Virus record (IMG/VR): IMGVR_UViG_3300016675_000014
Span: 1 to 39,193 of that record
Length of the DNA: 39,193 bases
From: a virus
Lineage: Duplodnaviria > Caudoviricetes
Reading direction: 5' to 3' (one strand)
The stretch's first letter is position 1, and each line of letters begins with the position of its first letter. This document shows positions 16,815-24,603 of the stretch, one piece after another. The translations under genes and the position numbers were made by a program. The notes below the pieces were generated by a model. The model had not been told where the DNA came from. It was given only the letters and a program-made list of their open reading frames with translations, and made no database searches.

Positions 16815-16945
16815 AAACCTACCTGAGCAAACGCATATCCTGTCCAGATCATGCCATTAGCTGTCTCGCCCTTGAGCCATTGTAGCACACCTACAATGAG
16901 ATACCCAACTCCTGTTGCTCCAACAATCAAATGTTCGACTGTCAC
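16796..16945 (-). CDS. Small two-helix membrane protein (49 aa; not in the ORF track)
   Basis: GTG start with SD aagga; MTVEHLIVGATGVGYLIVGVLQWLKG...GYAFAQVGLWLNLK. Confidence 0.65.
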   Translation of the reverse strand: MTVEHLIVGATGVGYLIVGVLQWLKGETANGMIWTGYAFAQVGLWLNLK

Positions 16946-17142
16946 GATGGCTTCCTTTCACCTCTTTAAAACTTTTCTCGCTCATCTGCAGAATTGTGAA
17001 TGGCTAAAAAATCTTTAGCATCAATCTAAGGACAACACCAACAAGTGGGAAGTAATTCATGCTCATACAGATCATCTGTAGGTACTATATGCTGAACAAG
17101 ATTCCCCATCTCTGAAACAAAACCAGTCAATATCCAACTCAT
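16942..17142 (-). pseudogene. Small His/Cys-rich gene interrupted by two in-frame stops
   Basis: MSWIL...HIVPTDDLYEHELLPTCWCCP*IDAKDFLAIHNSADEREKF*RGERKPS; TAG at 17026-17028 and TAA at 16966-16968. Confidence 0.65.
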
Positions 17143-17510
17143 GTGTTACTACTTACGTCTGCTTGGATTAAATTTGCAGCAACTTGCCAGTAATTATGTG
17201 CTCCCTTTGCTGCTTCGTGTTGAATCATTAACAAGGCAACACAATCTTTTATGGCTTGTTTATAGCCCTCATTAAAACCTCGCCACCTGTGTTGTGAGCT
17301 TTTAACACCGTCAGGCGTCATCGGAATAGCATAAGCCTCTGCCTCACGTTCCACTGCGGCAGCAGAGACCCGCGAAGCAATAAGGGCGGCGAAGCGTTCA
17401 AGCTCATCGCCCGGCTCTCCTGCGTCCATCCACCAACGATTGTGCGTCCAATAAATTAACCCAGCCTCACGCGCCATGTGAATTATATCCTCTCTAGTCA
17501 TTACAGTCAT
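17139..17510 (-). CDS. Hypothetical protein (MAREAG...ELERFAAL type)
   Basis: N-terminus paralogous to 8524..8847. Confidence 0.65.
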   Translation of the reverse strand: MTVMTREDIIHMAREAGLIYWTHNRWWMDAGEPGDELERFAALIASRVSAAAVEREAEAYAIPMTPDGVKSSQHRWRGFNEGYKQAIKDCVALLMIQHEAAKGAHNYWQVAANLIQADVSSNT

Positions 17511-17640
17511 CCTCTTGATGTTGCTTTACAAGTTCCTCTTTAGGTTTAGGGCGGAAGATCCTCTCCCATCCTTCCTCGTAAGCCTTCTGATCCTGTTGCT
17601 TACGTGGTGTGTCGCCTTTACCAGCTTCATGTGCTGTCAT
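17494..17640 (-). CDS. Small hypothetical protein (48 aa; not in the ORF track)
   Basis: MTAHEAGKGDTPRK...WERIF; ATGA overlap with the HNH stop; SD aagga. Confidence 0.6.
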   Translation of the reverse strand: MTAHEAGKGDTPRKQQDQKAYEEGWERIFRPKPKEELVKQHQEDDCND

Positions 17641-18125
17641 GTATTTTTTTCCTTCAAATATGTAATTGCTGCTTCCAAGACGGAAACATCATCTTTAGAC
17701 TTACCGATCATTGTATTACAGTTTGTACAAAGAAGGCCACGAACTTTATCAGTTGTGTGACAATGGTCTACACAGAGTGCAGTACTACTAGTAACTGCTT
17801 TTCCTTGTTCAACATCTTGCTCATGTCTTCCGCAAATAGCACAGCAATAGTTTTGAATCTTTCTCAACTGATTATATTGCTGTAATGTAATACCATATCG
17901 GCGTAGTCGTTGTTCCTTTGCCTTATCAGGATTGTTTTTATACCAGTTGCTTGAGCCTCTTTTATGAATTTCCTTCTTTTCAGGATTCTCCAAGTGTTTT
18001 TTTCTACGACAAACCATACATGTTGAATCTTTATATGCTTTTCGAGTACCGTCAGAAAGCGTATGATACGTATTACCAAACTTTTCATCAGGTAGCTCTT
18101 GGGCGCAAACTTTACATTGTTTCAT
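17637..18125 (-). CDS. Endonuclease VII-type HNH endonuclease
   Basis: N-terminal CKVC...CMVC finger; YGIT..QNYCCAIC; VDHCHTTDKVRGLLCTNCNTMIG. Confidence 0.88.
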   Translation of the reverse strand: MKQCKVCAQELPDEKFGNTYHTLSDGTRKAYKDSTCMVCRRKKHLENPEKKEIHKRGSSNWYKNNPDKAKEQRLRRYGITLQQYNQLRKIQNYCCAICGRHEQDVEQGKAVTSSTALCVDHCHTTDKVRGLLCTNCNTMIGKSKDDVSVLEAAITYLKEKNT

Positions 18126-18155
18126 GCTAACTCCTTTATTTACTTAGACCATATA

Positions 18156-18183
18156 ATTATAACACATGATCGAAGAAATACAA
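18156..18183 (-). promoter_or_regulatory. Sigma70-type promoter upstream of the HNH gene
   Basis: TTGTAT-16 nt-TATAAT with extended TG, followed by SD aaggag. Confidence 0.55.
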
Positions 18184-18200
18184 TACGTAAAAATACGTAC

Positions 18201-19790
18201 TTAAAGAGTTTCTTCTTGAATTTCTACAAGTTTATTGACTTTCTTATCAAAATATAGGCTGCCAGCAGGTCCCGTCTCGCCTGTAAAGCGTGATTTCAAC
18301 AATCGAAGTTCAGTAGTGTTCCTCTTGGATTCATCATCATTCTGTTGATCTCGTTGAAGGCCAATAACAGCATCAGACAACTGGCTAATACCTTGAGTTC
18401 CCCGCAAGGAAGACAAACTGATCTCTGCTCCATTCTCCAATCCCTTACCATCCTGTCGTCGAGTGTGGGAGATTCCAAATAAACCTACCCCTGTCTCTTC
18501 AACAAATGTACGCAATTTAGTAAGCAACATATCCAGGCCTTTGCGCTCGTCTGTATCCATACCTGACAAGATCATTTGATAATGGTCAAGAACGACCCAT
18601 TGACAGTTTTGAGCCTTCACCATATAGCGAAGCCTGTTAAGAACATTGTCAATATCTAACGATCCAAAATGGTTAAACAAAACGCAGCGGCCTGTTCCCA
18701 TTGTCTTCAAGTAAGCTTGCTCAAGTTCATCTTCGGTATACTCCGTCTGTGGCAAGTGCAAAGGCTTTCCTGCTTCAATAGACATAATGCCCAGTGCTGT
18801 ACGCTCTGGAGATTCTTCTAAAAAAGCCATTCCAATGTTGTCGTTAGTCGTCATCAACAAATGATGAATCAACTGACGCAAGAAAGTAGACTTACCTTGT
18901 CCTGTCCCTGCTGCTATGGTGATAAGTTCACGCTTACGCAAACCTGCCATCATCTCATTAAGCTTTGAGTAAGGCCACGAAGCATCAGGCAACTGTTTAG
19001 GCTTACGGAGTTGTTCCCACAAGTCTTTACCGTTGACGATGCCATCAGGAATGTACGTCTCGGCCTTCCACCATTCATTGACAAACTCTTTCGTAGCCCC
19101 TGCCTGCAAGTACTCACAAGCATCTTTATAGCCACTCTTGTGCTTGACAATCTTAGCTTTCTGTCCAAACAGCTCTGCAACCTCTTTAGCTGCCTTCTGG
19201 CCGGGTTCATCGGCATCAAAGCAGATAACGATGTTCTCGAAGCTATTAAGCCATTCGTACTGTGCTTTGCAGTCCTTCAGGGCTGCTTGTGCTCCATTCC
19301 TTACAGAAACTGAAGGCCATTGGGAGCCGGTGAGCTGATAACCAGCGAGCGCATCCAATTCTCCCTCATAGAGTGTAACATACTTTCCGTTCCCGTGGAA
19401 CAAATGTTGACCGAAAAGCCCCGCCTCCGCAAACCGTCCACTAATTGAAAAAGTTTTGTCTGCGACTCTTCGCTGTTTACAAGCGACCAGCTGTCCTGCT
19501 CCGTTAGTGTAAGGATAATACTGTGTTGATTCATCTTGGGTTACTCCAAATTTCTCACAAGTTTGTTGAGTGATTCCACGATCAGGGATTGACTTTACAG
19601 TCCCTTTGATTTCTACAGGCTTCTTCGATGGCGCTACAGCGTCCCTCATAACTGATCTTTCTTCTATCTGGTTCTCAAACTCGGTTTTACCACAGACAAA
19701 GCAATGAGTGTGTCCGTCATCATACAGAGAATTCCCGTCAGTGCTGCCACAGTTCTCACAGGCGATATGACGAAGAAACTTAGAGGTCAT
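18201..19790 (-). CDS. T7 gp4-like DNA primase-helicase
   Basis: CENC...CFVC zinc finger, EGELDA and FDADEPG (TOPRIM), AGTGQGKS, LEES, LDH, LRGTQGISQLSD, KSRFTGETG. Confidence 0.95.
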   Translation of the reverse strand: MTSKFLRHIACENCGSTDGNSLYDDGHTHCFVCGKTEFENQIEERSVMRDAVAPSKKPVEIKGTVKSIPDRGITQQTCEKFGVTQDESTQYYPYTNGAGQLVACKQRRVADKTFSISGRFAEAGLFGQHLFHGNGKYVTLYEGELDALAGYQLTGSQWPSVSVRNGAQAALKDCKAQYEWLNSFENIVICFDADEPGQKAAKEVAELFGQKAKIVKHKSGYKDACEYLQAGATKEFVNEWWKAETYIPDGIVNGKDLWEQLRKPKQLPDASWPYSKLNEMMAGLRKRELITIAAGTGQGKSTFLRQLIHHLLMTTNDNIGMAFLEESPERTALGIMSIEAGKPLHLPQTEYTEDELEQAYLKTMGTGRCVLFNHFGSLDIDNVLNRLRYMVKAQNCQWVVLDHYQMILSGMDTDERKGLDMLLTKLRTFVEETGVGLFGISHTRRQDGKGLENGAEISLSSLRGTQGISQLSDAVIGLQRDQQNDDESKRNTTELRLLKSRFTGETGPAGSLYFDKKVNKLVEIQEETL

Positions 19791-20506
19791 GCGTTCTTCT
19801 CCCGCAGCTCATTCTTTTCCTTTAGCTTGGCTTCGATGGCGTCGAACAAGTCATCGTCAACCAACATGTTGTTAGCTTCAGCAATGCTTGCACGTTGCTC
19901 TTGAGTTAGCCCCACCCACGGCTTTATGTCGCCTTGCGACGGGCTTGCTGGTGGAGATGTGTAAACAGGAAACCAACCACCTTCACACTCCATCCAGTAT
20001 TCATAGCTTCCTCGTACGTTTCCATACTCATCCATGTAGCAATGAGGTACCACGCTTGCTAAAGCAGGCTCCACGCGCTCTACGCTAACGCTGGCGCTTT
20101 GCTGCTTATATGGCGGAGCCACGTGTGCTGGCTTTTTCATGCGATCCATGTTGTAGTCGTGCAGCCATCCCGGTACATGCTGGCTTTCGCAGAACGGGCA
20201 TATTATTGATTGCGGGATTTCTGCTGGTTTAATGTAGTCCAGCCCAAGCTCTCGCTCGTTCTCTGCCATGCGCTCCAGTGCGGTGTCGGCCAGCGGAGCG
20301 TTCAGTGCTTCGCTTTGGCTGGCTAAAGCTTCGCGGATGGTGGTGAGAACAGTTTCCACATGCGGAAGAAGTTCATTGCCCTTCTTCGTAACGTCTTGAG
20401 GATAGCTGTCGTAAAACCACGCCAGCGCGTTGCGCGTTTCTTCCAACGCCTCCAGCGCCAGCTTCAATGCTTCTACGGTACTACGTACCTCATCTTTAGT
20501 AGTCAT
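19787..20506 (-). CDS. Hypothetical mosaic phage protein
   Basis: EALKLALEAL, ALERMAENERELGLDY, CPFC, PVYT, WVGLT, AIEAKLKEKN modules. Confidence 0.65.
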   Translation of the reverse strand: MTTKDEVRSTVEALKLALEALEETRNALAWFYDSYPQDVTKKGNELLPHVETVLTTIREALASQSEALNAPLADTALERMAENERELGLDYIKPAEIPQSIICPFCESQHVPGWLHDYNMDRMKKPAHVAPPYKQQSASVSVERVEPALASVVPHCYMDEYGNVRGSYEYWMECEGGWFPVYTSPPASPSQGDIKPWVGLTQEQRASIAEANNMLVDDDLFDAIEAKLKEKNELREKNA

Positions 20507-20741
20507 TGTCTTTCACCTGTCTTTTAAGTTCATCTTCATTGCGATAGATTTCCATCTCAATGTGCTTCCATTGTTCGTCGCTCAAGACATCATTGATGGT
20601 TACCCAGTACTTTGCAAGGCTTGGATCTGGTGTAGGAAGCAACGCTATGACTTCCATGCCTTCCCAGTCAGGCTCTTCGCCGTACCAGTCAAACAAGACA
20701 GTCACGGCTGTGTTTTCAATGTTCATGTTCAAAGACAACAT
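20496..20741 (-). CDS. Acidic hypothetical protein
   Basis: 81 aa; SD gaggtga; first gene after a promoter. Confidence 0.65.
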   Translation of the reverse strand: MLSLNMNIENTAVTVLFDWYGEEPDWEGMEVIALLPTPDPSLAKYWVTINDVLSDEQWKHIEMEIYRNEDELKRQVKDNDY

Positions 20742-20782
20742 AGCATCACCTCAAGGAAACTTTGATAAGTGTCAAGACACCA

Positions 20783-20812
20783 ATTATAACAGACAAAATC
20801 ACAGCATGTCAT
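20783..20812 (-). promoter_or_regulatory. Sigma70-type promoter for replication genes
   Basis: ATGACA-18 nt-TATAAT with extended TG. Confidence 0.6.
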
Positions 20813-20969
20813 CCTCAAAGTTACTTTTAAGTTCGACTTCAAGGTCGTCTGTGCGCAATGCGTTGTCGATGTCCGTCATCACTTTGCTGTAGCCGTATCT
20901 GCGGATAAGACTACAGACATCAGACAAAACCCAATGATAGTGTGCTTCCTCAAGATCGTATTCAGCCAT
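20799..20969 (-). CDS. Small acidic hypothetical protein (56 aa; not in the ORF track)
   Basis: MAEYDLEEAHYHWVLSDVCSLIRRYGY...; SD ggag. Confidence 0.6.
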   Translation of the reverse strand: MAEYDLEEAHYHWVLSDVCSLIRRYGYSKVMTDIDNALRTDDLEVELKSNFEDDML

Positions 20970-21003
20970 TGTTGCTCTCCAAATGTAGTACTTTCTCTGT
21001 ACT

Positions 21004-21202
21004 TGACAAACAGACAGAAATGTGGTACCCTATCTTTAAAGTATACTTTAAAGTTTCCTAAGACATTAACTTAAACAACCTATAAGTACCATATTTATAT
21101 ATTAACTTATAATATTATTTACTTTTATGTCTTAGGTGTCTTCTTAGTCTTCATCGTCTTCTTTAGAGTATCTATTGTACTCCTGTTCCGTCAGTTCGTC
21201 AA
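21004..21202. promoter_or_regulatory. AT-rich non-coding segment between convergent promoters; candidate replication origin
   Basis: Plus-strand TTGACA...TGG-TACCCT from 21004; minus-strand TTGACG-17 nt-TACAAT at 21202-21174; 20 bp palindrome 21034-21053. Confidence 0.5.
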
Positions 21203-21380
21203 CTTCTTCGTGAATGTCCATGTCAGCAATAAGGTCTTTCCTGGCCTTCACTGGCAACGGTACATCGTGAGCAATGTCACTCAGACAATCCAGACAAGTG
21301 TCCAAGTACTCACCCGTGACAGCATGTTTGAGGGTTGTCTCATAGTCAGACAGTCGTTTATTACAGCACGTACAGCGCAT
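21144..21380 (-). CDS. Small zinc-finger early protein
   Basis: MRCTCC...LSDYE...YLDTCLDC; acidic tail. Confidence 0.7.
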   Translation of the reverse strand: MRCTCCNKRLSDYETTLKHAVTGEYLDTCLDCLSDIAHDVPLPVKARKDLIADMDIHEEVDELTEQEYNRYSKEDDED

Positions 21381-21532
21381 TTTTAGTCCTCACCCTAGTC
21401 AGGGTATCAAAAGTTCAAGAAAGCGGCTCAAAAGCCCGTTAAATCGCTTCTGGAGCCATTCACGCATCAATGTATCCTCCGATGATGTACAGAATCACCA
21501 CAAAAGCCAGCAAACCAGTCAATTTAAGTTGT

Positions 21533-21757
21533 TCACGCATGAAGTACCTCCGAACACCATTGCTGGAAGATCCTATTCTGACAATGCTTAATGAATGATT
21601 CACTAAGGCACCACATCTCCAATGGTTTATCACCATGTGAAATATCTAATATAACTATAAACGGTGGATCATGGTCTTCATAGTCTACCAATTCACCCTC
21701 TACAATCAATGGAATACCTAAGTATTCATCCTCTATGGTGTAGATATAGGCTTTCAT
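21533..21757 (-). CDS. Early hypothetical protein
   Basis: MKAYIYT...; SD aggag; coupled to the upstream stop. Confidence 0.6.
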   Translation of the reverse strand: MKAYIYTIEDEYLGIPLIVEGELVDYEDHDPPFIVILDISHGDKPLEMWCLSESFIKHCQNRIFQQWCSEVLHA

Positions 21758-22002
21758 AGTGGAGACTCCTCGCAAGTGTTAGGATCAAATTTGGGTTCAG
21801 GATGGGCGGCTTTATTGGCCTCCAATGCTTTGCTATCTGGAGTTTGTTCACCGTTGACGTACTTGAACGGCCAACCTCGCAGAGCTTTGCTCGAGAACTC
21901 TCTCGCTGACAACGCATCAGCGCATAGCAAAGCCTCTTGCAGGGTCTTACCAGCTTGGATGTTAAGATTTAGAGTGTCAATCCATAGTTGGTGATCTTTC
22001 AT
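21754..22002 (-). CDS. Early hypothetical protein
   Basis: MKDHQLW...WPFKYVNG; ATGA overlap. Confidence 0.6.
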   Translation of the reverse strand: MKDHQLWIDTLNLNIQAGKTLQEALLCADALSAREFSSKALRGWPFKYVNGEQTPDSKALEANKAAHPEPKFDPNTCEESPL

Positions 22003-22205
22003 TGTTGTTTCACTTTCTTTAGCGTGAACAGATTCAGACAATCGCCCTTGATCCACAAGCCAGTAAGTTCCCCTGTATCAGGGTCAACCTCTGGAACATC
22101 AGGTTCGTAGTTGTTGCACTCGATGAAGTATGTGCAAAGGCCTCTATCGTGGCTTGAGAAGGCTACAATACCACTTGAGATGAATTGAACTTGGTACATG
22201 GTCAA
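21999..22205 (-). CDS. Early hypothetical protein
   Basis: 68 aa; SD gaggag. Confidence 0.6.
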   Translation of the reverse strand: MTMYQVQFISSGIVAFSSHDRGLCTYFIECNNYEPDVPEVDPDTGELTGLWIKGDCLNLFTLKKVKQQ

Positions 22206-22211
22206 GACTCC

Positions 22212-22484
22212 TCAAAAGATGCTGATCCATTTATCACAGACAGTTTTTAGTCCGCCATTTGGTGTAGGAACAACCTCATATGCGGCACATTTAATGAAAA
22301 TCTTGCCTTGCTCGTCCTCCCAATCATAGAGGTTGATATCTATTTTGTTTTCAAGCTCAGGGATAGATGAATCAACAAGGAACCAATCATCGCCATCGTA
22401 ATCAGAACCGTCTAAAATGTCCATCAGTTTTTCATTGGCCCAGATCGTCAGGGCTTTGATTTGGTCAGGTGTGAGGTCAAGCAT
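22212..22484 (-). CDS. Early acidic hypothetical protein
   Basis: MLDLTPDQ...; SD aggag upstream of 22484. Confidence 0.6.
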   Translation of the reverse strand: MLDLTPDQIKALTIWANEKLMDILDGSDYDGDDWFLVDSSIPELENKIDINLYDWEDEQGKIFIKCAAYEVVPTPNGGLKTVCDKWISIF

Positions 22485-22497
22485 GGAAATTCTCCTA

Positions 22498-22833
22498 TTA
22501 GAAGGCTTGATAGACAAACACGTTGCTAGAATGTTCACCGACAATGCTTGTGTTTTCTTCCAAGTATTCGCGGACAGTATCAACAATCTCATCCTCGTCC
22601 ATGCCTTCAATGTCAATGCTGTAGTTGTTAGCGATAGATTCGGCGGTATCCTCATAGAAGTCACAGCACAAGGCTACTACATCCAGCTCGAAGGGTTCTC
22701 CAATGGCTTCGCTGTACTGTTCGAGATAGTCAAACAGACATTCGAGGCCTTCATATGAGAATTGATCGTTACGACCACAAGCTCGGAAAGCGCCACGGAA
22801 TTGGTAGACATTGAGTGTTTGAACGATTGCCAT
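22498..22833 (-). CDS. Early highly acidic protein (possible DNA mimic)
   Basis: MAIVQTLN..F...GRNDQFSYEGL..LFDYLE..ELDVVALCCDF; many D/E and no Lys in 111 aa. Confidence 0.65.
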   Translation of the reverse strand: MAIVQTLNVYQFRGAFRACGRNDQFSYEGLECLFDYLEQYSEAIGEPFELDVVALCCDFYEDTAESIANNYSIDIEGMDEDEIVDTVREYLEENTSIVGEHSSNVFVYQAF

Positions 22834-22895
22834 GATGGATTGATCCTTTAAAGGAATACTGGAAAGGCCAGCACCTAGTGAGTGTTCTAGTCTGT

Positions 22896-22940
22896 CACTG
22901 CACTGCACAGTATCCTGTCACGATACTGCACAGTATAGTG
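22896..22940 (-). other. Long intergenic hairpin in early transcript (RNase III-like site, putative)
   Basis: cactatactgtgcagtatc / gatactgtgcagtgcagtg pair over 19 positions with G-U pairs and one mismatch. Confidence 0.5.
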
Positions 22941-22949
22941 TCACTTATG

Positions 22950-23210
22950 TTACAGGGATTTAACGTAACTATACTGCTCCGCTTGATCCTCATAAGGCGA
23001 CAGGAAGGCGCACACGGCACAATGCTTTGCATCATATCGAACAGTAGTGCCATCGTCCCATTCCTTGCGGAAATTCAAGCCTGTTTCAGCACTAACCTTA
23101 CGTATCGCTCCAAGCTCGCTAGAGGCGCTGACTTTAAATCGCTTTACCCATGAATAGTTAGCGTCTTCTCCATACGTATCAGTGACTTCGACGTAGAACA
23201 GTGTTTTCAT
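22950..23210 (-). CDS. Early hypothetical protein
   Basis: VEVTDTYGEDANYSWVKR motif; SD aagga. Confidence 0.7.
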   Translation of the reverse strand: MKTLFYVEVTDTYGEDANYSWVKRFKVSASSELGAIRKVSAETGLNFRKEWDDGTTVRYDAKHCAVCAFLSPYEDQAEQYSYVKSL

Positions 23211-23391
23211 GATCGTTTCCTTTCAGTGATTGACGATTGATTGTATCTTAAATTCCAAGGGCAAGCAAGACACCCCAAAGGGCAAAGACTGCAAAACAGA
23301 TAAGCATGTGGATTCGATCGGACATTTTAGACTCCTGGTGTGTTGATGATGTGCTCATTGTACCCGCCGAAGCGGGCCTGTGAATAGGTGT

Positions 23392-23529
23392 TTACCCTTG
23401 TTTTGTGAATTCTTTAAATGCTTGAATTGCTTCGCGCTTAGTGTAACCCATGTACTGTTTAGACACTAAGTAACCGTTGACAATTGCGCTGATCTTGTAT
23501 GCGCCTTGAAATGTACGCTCGATTGTCAT
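23392..23529 (-). CDS. Early small basic protein (45 aa; not in the ORF track)
   Basis: MTIERTFQGAYKISAIVNGYLVSKQYMGYTKREAIQAF...; SD ggag. Confidence 0.6.
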   Translation of the reverse strand: MTIERTFQGAYKISAIVNGYLVSKQYMGYTKREAIQAFKEFTKQG

Positions 23530-23547
23530 GTTTTGCTCCAGTGTGTG

Positions 23548-23781
23548 TTAGATGGCTTGATAGTTGCCGTGATCGTAGGCGGCCAGGACAGCCTCTCCAA
23601 TGCTCTCACGTGCAAAGATAGGAGCTCTGACAATACGACCTGAGATGTGACGTGATGCATCTTTAAAGGTCGCTGTGACCTCACCAATGCCCCATTCATC
23701 AGTGCCATGCTCCTCGACAGTGATCTCCAGAACCTGCTCTGTATCGTAGGTGCGACCTGTGGTGTATGTGATATGTGTCAT
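23548..23781 (-). CDS. First early gene, hypothetical protein
   Basis: 77 aa, YTTGRTYDTEQVL...FKDASRHI; first ORF of the minus arm. Confidence 0.65.
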   Translation of the reverse strand: MTHITYTTGRTYDTEQVLEITVEEHGTDEWGIGEVTATFKDASRHISGRIVRAPIFARESIGEAVLAAYDHGNYQAI

Positions 23782-23879
23782 TTCTGTGTGTCCTGTGTGT
23801 GTGTTGATGAATTTGCCGAAGCAGACTTAAATGTAGCATCTGTCAACCCCCTATGCAAGCTACTTTACATTTCTTTACA

Positions 23880-24600
23880 TGACATACAGTATGACACTGT
23901 ATAACACTGTATAGATATTCAGTATAGGTTGGCTTGGTAGGTGTACTGTATAGGATCCCACATCATCCCCCACACAAGCCCATGCAAGAATCGTGCCAGG
24001 TCTTGTAAGTCCCATGTAAGGTTAACTTGTCAGTTGTCAGACAACCTAAGTAACTGACCAGTCAGTCATTAGAGTGACTTGTAAGGATCTTGTAAGACTA
24101 CAAAGACATGAGGGGGAGGGGCTATTGAGTGTGTTTACTTTTGCAGGAGCCCCTTAAGCACACAAAAAAGGTAAATTAGGGAGGTTAAGACACCATAAAT
24201 AAGCTATTGATCTGTATAGGAAAACTATATAGGACTCCACTGGGAATCCGTACACCCTGAAAGGGGAACTATGAAGTATTACTTTAAAGATAAAAAACGC
24301 ACTGGCTAAGAAATATTTGAAGAAAGTTGTAGAAAAGACTTGACATGAAGTAAAATACGTGCTACACTATTCTTATGTGTTGATTAAATGTAAAGACACG
24401 TCAGGAACTCAAGATAAAGACTTCTGAGTTGCTAAGTAGCCTGACCCCACTACAAAGCATCTTAGACAGGATTACGTACACCTGTAAGGGAACTAAGACA
24501 AGTATTAACTTAAAGTATATATTTATCTTAGATTCCTGTACGTTAAAGAAATTTTATAGACTACACAGTCTACACAGTCTCCCACAATGAAAGGATAAAG
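23880..24600. repeat. Non-coding divergent control region with short repeats; probable location of the physical genome ends
   Basis: No ORFs; repeated acactgtata, cttgtaag, ctgtatagga and ctacacagt; ~41 bp imperfect direct repeat at 24249-24289 and 24475-24515. Confidence 0.55.
24340..24368 (+). promoter_or_regulatory. Sigma70-type promoter for the packaging/structural arm
   Basis: TTGACA-17 nt-TACACT with extended TG; same -10 as the tRNA promoter. Confidence 0.75.
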
Positions 24601-24603
24601 ACT

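Noticed and set aside
23385-23398. Imperfect palindrome taggtgtttaccct as a host regulator site
   Set aside because: Single imperfect copy; I cannot name a regulator with confidence.
23880-24600. CRISPR array
   Set aside because: The repeats are short, imperfect and irregularly spaced, and there are no cas genes.
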